Shown here piece by piece: positions 58,104 through 64,000 of a stretch of 64,000 nt of DNA (positions are counted from its first letter, which is position 1; every line of letters starts with the position of its first letter). Below the pieces are notes generated by a model, which worked only from the letters and a program-made list of their open reading frames with translations, ran no database searches and had not been told where the DNA came from. The position numbers were made by a program, and so were the translations under genes. Source of the stretch: Nitrosopumilus sp. (GTDB lineage: Archaea; Thermoproteota; Nitrososphaeria; Nitrososphaerales; Nitrosopumilaceae); contig OZ241981.1 in NCBI GenBank assembly GCA_965204345.1, positions 1,120,001 through 1,184,000 on the forward strand, written 5' to 3'.

Positions 58104-59248
58104 TTAGAGAGCTCTTAGTTTTTCTTCTGCAGTTTTGAGTCCTGCTTGAGCATCAACATCATATCCCATCATTGATAATGTAGCTGAAATTGCTGAAATG
58201 GTTCTCATAACATGGTATGGACTAACTTCTCCCATGCATCCAACTCTGAATACTTTGCCTTTAAGATTACCAAAGCCTCCGGCAACCAGTACTTTAAATT
58301 TGTCAGCCAGTGTACTTCTGAAAGTTTTGTCTTCAAGTCCGTCCAGGTAATTTAACGCCACAATGGAGATTGAACGATCTTCTTCTTTTGCAAATGGGGA
58401 AAGGCCCATTGCACTTAATCCAGCGTATAATGAATCCGAACAAACTTTATGGCGCCTAAAGACATTTTGTAGTCCTTCTTCTAACATTATAGATAGTGCT
58501 TCTCTGTATGCATAAAGTAACGGCAGTGCAGGTGTGAAAGGGGTATGTTTTTCCTCATCATAATACTTGAAGTATCTTGCCAGATTAAAGTAGTATGTTG
58601 CTGGAGGATTTTCAATCATGTATTTTTTGGCTTTAGCACTAACAGAAACTGGAGAAATTCCAGGAGGTGCTGCAATTGCTTTTTGGGAGCCGGTTAAACA
58701 TACGTCAATATTCCATTTGTCTACTTGAAGATCAGCTCCTCCAAGTAATGAAACGGAATCTACAACATAGAATGCGTCATTTCTTGAGGTTAAGTCAGAT
58801 ATTTTGTCAAGATAATTTACCATTGTTCCTGTTGAAGTTTCATTGTGAACAACATAGAATGCTTTGACATCTTTATTGTTATCAAATGCCTCTTTAATCT
58901 GATCAAAGGATGCATTTTCTCCAGGGGGGGTTTGAAGTTTTATTACATTTGCGCCCTGGCCTTCAATTAATTGTGATAATCTAGTACTAAACTCTCCGTT
59001 AACTGGAACTATTACTTTATCACCTTTTTAACTACATTAACTACTCCTGCTTCAACAGCACCCGTTCCGGATGCAGATAGTGCCACAATGTCATTTTGTG
59101 TTTGAAATACTTGCTGAGTTTTTGCAACTACATCAGTGTATAATTCAACAAAATCGTCACTTCGATGATTAATGATAGGTGCAAGCATTGCTCTCATAAC
59201 CCGATTAGGTACGTTTGTTGGGCCTGGAAGCATTGAAAGATATTCCAT
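58104..59248 (-). pseudogene. Class V aminotransferase (serine-pyruvate/alanine-glyoxylate type) split by a 1-nt frameshift at 59025-59029
   Basis: 5' part MLPGPT...HRS...SGTGAVE; in the shifted frame GDKVIVPVNGEF...VHNETSTG...DSVS...GSQK continues without stops to 58104; may be a sequencing error. Confidence 0.85.
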
Positions 59249-59287
59249 ATGTTATCTATCAGCAGTAGATTTTGGGTTTATTTATAA

Positions 59288-59791
59288 TTAGAGATTTTTT
59301 AAATGATCTTTGGCATTAGTGCGTTTCAAAAAATTTCTAGTGCCATCAGGTACAAGATGATCCCACTTTTGATCGCTAACAATTAGATCACGAATATTTG
59401 TTCCAGACAATGATTCTCTATTCAAAAAAGGGATGGCAAGAACTTGAATATCTCTTTTTGAGTAAAGGTGCTTTGTGAGGTCGTCATTTGAAAAAATTAT
59501 ATCAAATTTTGGAACAATGGTATCTATTTTTTCAATCCAGCGAATATGATCATCTAGATCAGGAACAAAATAAATTGAAATTTTTTCTTGCATAGAACCG
59601 TCAATGGATGATAGGATCATCTCTTTTCTTTGATCAGCAGTAAAAGGATTATTTTTTTCAACATGCCTGTTGGAGCTTCCTAGACCTACCCATAGTTTAT
59701 CAACTTTAGATAATGCAAATTGTAATGCTTCAAGATGGCCTAAATGAAAAGGCTGGAATCTGCCTATTAGCAAACCGTTCATACAGACCAT
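59288..59791 (-). CDS. nadM: Nicotinamide-nucleotide adenylyltransferase
   Basis: GRFQPFHLGH, NPFT, SGTNIR. Confidence 0.93.
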   Translation of the reverse strand: MVCMNGLLIGRFQPFHLGHLEALQFALSKVDKLWVGLGSSNRHVEKNNPFTADQRKEMILSSIDGSMQEKISIYFVPDLDDHIRWIEKIDTIVPKFDIIFSNDDLTKHLYSKRDIQVLAIPFLNRESLSGTNIRDLIVSDQKWDHLVPDGTRNFLKRTNAKDHLKNL

Positions 59792-59831
59792 AAGAAATTT
59801 CTTTTTAAAAAACTATCATAAAGAGTGTGAA

Positions 59832-60869
59832 TTGGTAAAGAATGTGAATTTTTTAAAAATTAATGGCGGTCACGGAGAGGGAGGTGGACAAATTGTTCGC
59901 TCAGCAATTACGCTTTCATGTATTACCAAACAACCAATCCATTTAGAAAATATTAGAAAAAATCGGAAGATCCCCGGATTAAGACCGCAACATCTAACTG
60001 CAATTAAAATTCTTCAAAGAATTGCAAATGCAAAAGTTATTGGTGCAGAGATAGGATCAACTGAATTAAAATTTATTCCAGGTAATATTGAAAATGCAAA
60101 AATAGCTGAGGATGTTGGCACGGCAGGAAGTATATCACTGATTTTGCAAGTTTTGATTCCGGTAGCGGCCTTTTCGCAAAAAAAACTTGGTTTAAAAATT
60201 AGAGGCGGGACAGATGTTCTTTGGAGTCCTTCCATAAATTATACACAACATGTACTAAAAGAAGCATATTCTAGAATGGGAATTAAATTTTCATTAGAAT
60301 TAAGCAAGCGAGGTTACTATCCAAGAGGAGGGGGAGAGGTTCAATTACACGTTTATCCTTCCAAGGTAAATTCAATATCATTTTCAAATCGAAAGACTAG
60401 TGATATGAAATTGATTTGTTCTTTTTCAAAGATATCAAGTGATGAAATCAAAAAAGCAGTTGAAAAGATTGAGGAAAGATTGGTTAATGCAGGGTTTAAT
60501 GTGGATATTGAGATTAAATCTGAAGACACAGTAGATTCAGGGGCAACTTTGTTAGTTTACAGTATTGATGAGGATTCAATAAACGGGTTTGATGCGTTGT
60601 ATAACAAAAAAATACAAGAATTTGATTTGGATTTTGATGGGTTTGAAGGGAACTATTCGGTGGACAGTAATTTGTCAGACATGATAATAGTTCCAGCCAG
60701 CCTGTGTGAAGGAAAGACAATTTTTCAGGTTAAGGAGATTACAGATCATCTTGAAACTAATTTGTTCGTAACGTCAAAAATTACAGGGTGTAAATACGGA
60801 ATAGGAAAGATAAGGGATGGATATGAAGTGATTATTGAGGGTATTTCAAACTCCGGCATCAAGCAATGA
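59832..60869 (+). CDS. rtcA: RNA 3'-terminal phosphate cyclase
   Basis: GEGGGQIVR, PGLRPQH, TAGS, GGTD, RGYYPRGGG, TDHLETN. Confidence 0.95.
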   Translation: MVKNVNFLKINGGHGEGGGQIVRSAITLSCITKQPIHLENIRKNRKIPGLRPQHLTAIKILQRIANAKVIGAEIGSTELKFIPGNIENAKIAEDVGTAGSISLILQVLIPVAAFSQKKLGLKIRGGTDVLWSPSINYTQHVLKEAYSRMGIKFSLELSKRGYYPRGGGEVQLHVYPSKVNSISFSNRKTSDMKLICSFSKISSDEIKKAVEKIEERLVNAGFNVDIEIKSEDTVDSGATLLVYSIDEDSINGFDALYNKKIQEFDLDFDGFEGNYSVDSNLSDMIIVPASLCEGKTIFQVKEITDHLETNLFVTSKITGCKYGIGKIRDGYEVIIEGISNSGIKQ

Positions 60870-61343
60870 TGCAAAGAAAAGAATTGCTATGGATAAAATT
60901 ACGGTAATTTCACCCAAGATGATAATTTTTTTTCTAAGTTTTTGAATTTCCGGTTCGGGCATTTGGTTTGACATTATTTTTTCTTCAATATCTTTGCGAA
61001 TGACTCTTACATGAACAGCATACGTAATAACTAATGCAATAACAAGGATTATCTTGATAATTAAGAATGTGCCATAACTAGTAGATAAAACGAGATAAGG
61101 TTTCTGCAGTAATGCATGCGAAGTATACAAACCGGTTATCATCAAAATTATTAGTGATGGAACTGCAATCTTGTTAAATCGTCTTCCAACACGAATCATT
61201 ATTTGCATTCGCTCTTCAACAGAATTGGTCATTGTTTTTAAAAGTGGAGAAAAAACAATTCCGATAAACAGAGAGCCTCCTACCCATATTGCAGCGGCAA
61301 CCAGGTGTATCCAAGTAACAATTGCTTGCTCAATTGCAGTCAT
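60846..61343 (-). CDS. CopD-family 4-TM membrane protein
   Basis: HLVAAAIWVGG, RRF, ITG, YG...K; resembles the CopD half of 12005..14779. Confidence 0.75.
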   Translation of the reverse strand: MTAIEQAIVTWIHLVAAAIWVGGSLFIGIVFSPLLKTMTNSVEERMQIMIRVGRRFNKIAVPSLIILMITGLYTSHALLQKPYLVLSTSYGTFLIIKIILVIALVITYAVHVRVIRKDIEEKIMSNQMPEPEIQKLRKKIIILGEITVILSIAILFFASLLDAGV

Positions 61344-61400
61344 AATTTGTTGTAATTTAGTTCAAATATTATGTATTTGGATCTTGATAACCTTTTTTAG

Positions 61401-61922
61401 TTGCCCAGAATTCAAATCGTTGATATGGCACTGCAAAGTAAGATGACAGTTTATGTTGCAATAGCTGGAGTTTTTGCTTTAATGGGCGGAATTGTTTTCT
61501 ATGCTAGTCTAGATAATGTAGAACTAGATCAAGTTGAAATCGAACTAGATACTGTAGAATTAAGAGAAGTCGATCCAATAAGCAATCAGGCCAAATTTGA
61601 TGTTACATTTTTAGTAAAAAATCCAAGTACAAAAGTGCTGACAGTTTCATTAATTGATTTTAAATTATATGGTGATGGTGAATTATTAGGCTCTGGACAA
61701 TACTCTACAGTAGATGTCGCATTGCCTGGAAGAGCCCTGTTTTATTCGGGAGCAGAAATTCCTTTAAAAAATACGTTCCTGTTAAGTAAATCCGACATGA
61801 ATTCTGAAATTTATGAAAAAGCAATAAATGAAAAGATTGTTAGTTTTGCTGCAGAAGGCAGAATCACTACTCAAACCTCATGGAGTGAAGTTGACAAAGA
61901 TTTCAAAACGGGATTTAATTAA
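61401..61922 (+). CDS. Membrane-anchored LEA_2-like hypothetical protein
   Basis: TM followed by FLVKNPS...IDFKL; similar layout to 35092..35646; start probably the ATG at 61425. Confidence 0.65.
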   Translation: MPRIQIVDMALQSKMTVYVAIAGVFALMGGIVFYASLDNVELDQVEIELDTVELREVDPISNQAKFDVTFLVKNPSTKVLTVSLIDFKLYGDGELLGSGQYSTVDVALPGRALFYSGAEIPLKNTFLLSKSDMNSEIYEKAINEKIVSFAAEGRITTQTSWSEVDKDFKTGFN

Positions 61923-61926
61923 AAAG

Positions 61927-62000
61927 TGGGCCTGATGAGATTTGAACTCATGATCACCGCCGTGTCGAGGCGGTATCCTAACCAGCTAGACTACAGGCCC
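61927..62000 (-). tRNA. tRNA-Val(GAC)
   Basis: GGGCCTG acceptor stem; anticodon arm CCGCC-TC GAC AC-GGCGG; T-loop GTTCAAAT; CCA not encoded. Confidence 0.95.
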
Positions 62001-62066
62001 ATTGAAGATTAAATCAAATAATTGATATTATTAACGTTTAACAAAAGAAAGAATAAGTGAAAACAG

Positions 62067-62777
62067 ATGACAGATGATTTTACAGAAGAAGAGAAAAAAG
62101 GATTCTACAAGGCAATTTATTCAAGAAGGGATGTAAGATCTCGTTTTATCTCAAAATCCATAGAGGATGATATTTTATCAAAGATTCTAAATGCTGCACA
62201 TCATGCCCCTTCAGTAGGATTTTCACAGCCTTGGAATTTTATTTTAATTAAAGACAATCAGACAAAAAGGAAAATTAAGGAATCATTTGAGGAAGAGAAA
62301 AAACGATCATCACAACTGGTAGAAGAGCCTAAAAAATCAAAGTATCTTTCTTTCAAATTGGAGGGAATAATGGAATCCCCAGTAAATCTTTGTGTAACAT
62401 ATGACCCGACAAAATTTGGTCCCTTTGTGATTGGCAGATCAAGTATTCCTGAGGCAGGCCTTTACAGTGTTTGCTGTGCAATTCAAAATTTATGGTTATC
62501 AGCTAGAACGGAAGGGATAGGTTTAGGATGGGTAAGTATCTTATCAAATGAAACATTAAAAGAGACTTTAGAGCTACCAGAACATGTAATTCCTGTAGCA
62601 TACTTGTGTCTAGGTTACGTCGATGAATTTGCCAAAAAACCAGATCTGGAAACAAAAGGTTGGTTGCCAAGATTAGAATTAAAAGATGTGGTTTATTTTG
62701 AAAAATGGAACAAAAAAGAAAACAAGAATTGGGAAAATATTCAAAATTTACTTAAAGAGAATCTTGATTACGCTTAA
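62067..62777 (+). CDS. bluB: 5,6-dimethylbenzimidazole synthase
   Basis: RRDVR, AAHHAPSVGFSQPW, KLEGI, YSVCCAIQNLWL, GWVSI. Confidence 0.93.
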   Translation: MTDDFTEEEKKGFYKAIYSRRDVRSRFISKSIEDDILSKILNAAHHAPSVGFSQPWNFILIKDNQTKRKIKESFEEEKKRSSQLVEEPKKSKYLSFKLEGIMESPVNLCVTYDPTKFGPFVIGRSSIPEAGLYSVCCAIQNLWLSARTEGIGLGWVSILSNETLKETLELPEHVIPVAYLCLGYVDEFAKKPDLETKGWLPRLELKDVVYFEKWNKKENKNWENIQNLLKENLDYA

Positions 62778-62801
62778 ATAATTAGAAATGTTTTTTTCGC
62801 T

Positions 62802-62894
62802 GGGCTTGTGGCGCAGAGTCAATTTGACGCGAAATATGGATAGCGTGGTAGCCTCCTAAGTTACAGGTCGAGGGATCGAAGCCCTCCAAGCCCG
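62802..62894 (+). tRNA. tRNA-Arg(CCT) with an 18-19 nt non-canonical intron in the D-loop (about 62817-62835)
   Basis: GGGCTTG...CAAGCCC acceptor stem; anticodon arm GTAGC-CT CCT AA-GTTAC; extra hairpin GTCA-ATT-TGAC after position 15. Confidence 0.9.
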
Positions 62895-62932
62895 TTTTAA
62901 TTTAATTAATAGAAATTTAAATAGAAAGACAA

Positions 62933-63475
62933 ATGGTTTCATGTATGAAAATTGTAGTTATTTCAGGCAGTCCAAGAAAAAATGCAAATACGCAAGTAAT
63001 TATGAAATATGTCTTTGAATATGCTAAATTAAAAAACCAAGATACAAAACTGATTAATCTTTCTGAGAATCAGATTGAGTACTATAAGGGACCAGACGTA
63101 GAATATAATGAGGCTACAAATACAGCTGCAAAGGATATCATGGAGGCAGATGTGTGGTTAATTGGTTCTCCAATTTATAATTCATTTTTTAGTTCAGCAT
63201 TAAAAAATCTCTTTGAATATGTTAACTACAAAAAAACATCTGGAAAAGTAGCAGGAATTACAATTTTAGCTTCAGGAGATATCGGTTTTATTAATGTCCA
63301 GAACTTGATTACACAACTAATGTCATATTTTAGAGTAATCACGAATCCAAAGGCGGTGTTTCTAACTACAAAGTCTGTAATAGACAATCAAGTTGTTGGT
63401 GAAGATGCCAAAGACAGACTAAAAGAGATGGTTGATGAGACTTTGGCAATTGCCTCTAAACTACATCAAAACTAA
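62933..63475 (+). CDS. NAD(P)H-dependent FMN reductase
   Basis: ISGSPRKNANT, AD...SPIYN...LKN, GK. Confidence 0.9.
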   Translation: MVSCMKIVVISGSPRKNANTQVIMKYVFEYAKLKNQDTKLINLSENQIEYYKGPDVEYNEATNTAAKDIMEADVWLIGSPIYNSFFSSALKNLFEYVNYKKTSGKVAGITILASGDIGFINVQNLITQLMSYFRVITNPKAVFLTTKSVIDNQVVGEDAKDRLKEMVDETLAIASKLHQN

Positions 63476-63761
63476 GTTTTGGATTTTGTTTGACTCATAA
63501 ACAAAATATCATTTAGGCTTCCCTAAAAATTAGATTTGTAAATAACCAAAACAAGACGTCATATTTTTGCAGGTATTTTATGAAAATAAATATTTTACAA
63601 GAATCAAAAAAGAGAAGGGAATTTTTAAATGAACTGTATTGTACTAAAAAAATGATTGGTTTTTACAAAAAACCTGAATAGAAAAACAAGTTAAATTTAC
63701 AAGAATATAATTAAATTCAAAATTAAACACAAAAGTCAAATATTCATATCATGATATAATT

Positions 63762-63887
63762 ATGTCATTGAATTTGGAAAAAGAATCAACTGAATTATGT
63801 CTGTGTAAATGTCATTTTGGCGGGGCTATCAGCTGTCCAGGATGTAAAGATAATCACGGTCAAACATGCCGTCACTGTAAAGATTAA
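63762..63887 (+). CDS. 41-aa Cys/His-rich metal-binding microprotein
   Basis: Not in the track. MSLNLEKESTELCLCKCHFGGAISCPGCKDNHGQTCRHCKD. Confidence 0.65.
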   Translation: MSLNLEKESTELCLCKCHFGGAISCPGCKDNHGQTCRHCKD

Positions 63888-63890
63888 GAT

Positions 63891-64000
63891 CTATTTATTC
63901 TTGGTTTTTCTTTCAGAAGCTAACATTTTTAGATTTGCCAGTTCTGTTTTTAGTGATTCTAGCTGAACAAGAGTTTGTAAATTAGAAATTTCTTTATTTA
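63891..64000 (-). CDS. 3' end of a coiled-coil protein extending beyond the window
   Basis: Open frame ...NKEISNLQTLVQLESLKTELANLKMLASERKTKNK-stop. Confidence 0.55.
   Translation of the reverse strand, partial: NKEISNLQTLVQLESLKTELANLKMLASERKTKNK

Noticed and set aside
61927-64000. tRNA-anchored genomic island or provirus
   Set aside because: No integrase and no duplicated tRNA 3' end seen within the window; sequence beyond the edge cannot be assessed.

Overview
AT-rich archaeal chromosome segment whose gene content and order point to an ammonia-oxidising archaeon of the Nitrosopumilus type (Thaumarchaeota). The evidence is PEFG-CTERM and CFI-box-like surface proteins, an Amt transporter inside a split A-type ATP synthase locus, archaeal CoA genes (PoK, PPS, panB, coaBC), egsA, aCPSF1-psmB, bluB and a tRNA-Arg(CCT) with a D-loop intron. 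Most of 19-63 kb is housekeeping. The most notable region is a ~15.5 kb surface/metal cluster (3.7-19.1 kb). It holds three paralogous exported proteins whose predicted mature N-terminus is His-Gly, two more His1 exported proteins (one is a CopC-CopD-beta-propeller fusion), a blue copper protein, a His-rich membrane protein paired with a wHTH regulator, a ZnuABC-type transporter and a NikR-family regulator. I read it as a candidate copper/zinc-scavenging system. I also found several small ORFs missing from the supplied track (4-OT tautomerase, a 43-aa ORF in the atp operon, a 36-aa membrane peptide, a 55-aa ORF, a 41-aa Cys/His-rich microprotein), a frameshifted class V aminotransferase, a perfect 26-bp palindrome and an exact 95-bp intragenic duplication. 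No CRISPR array, transposase or integrase was seen. All functional calls come from motif recognition by eye, with no database searches.
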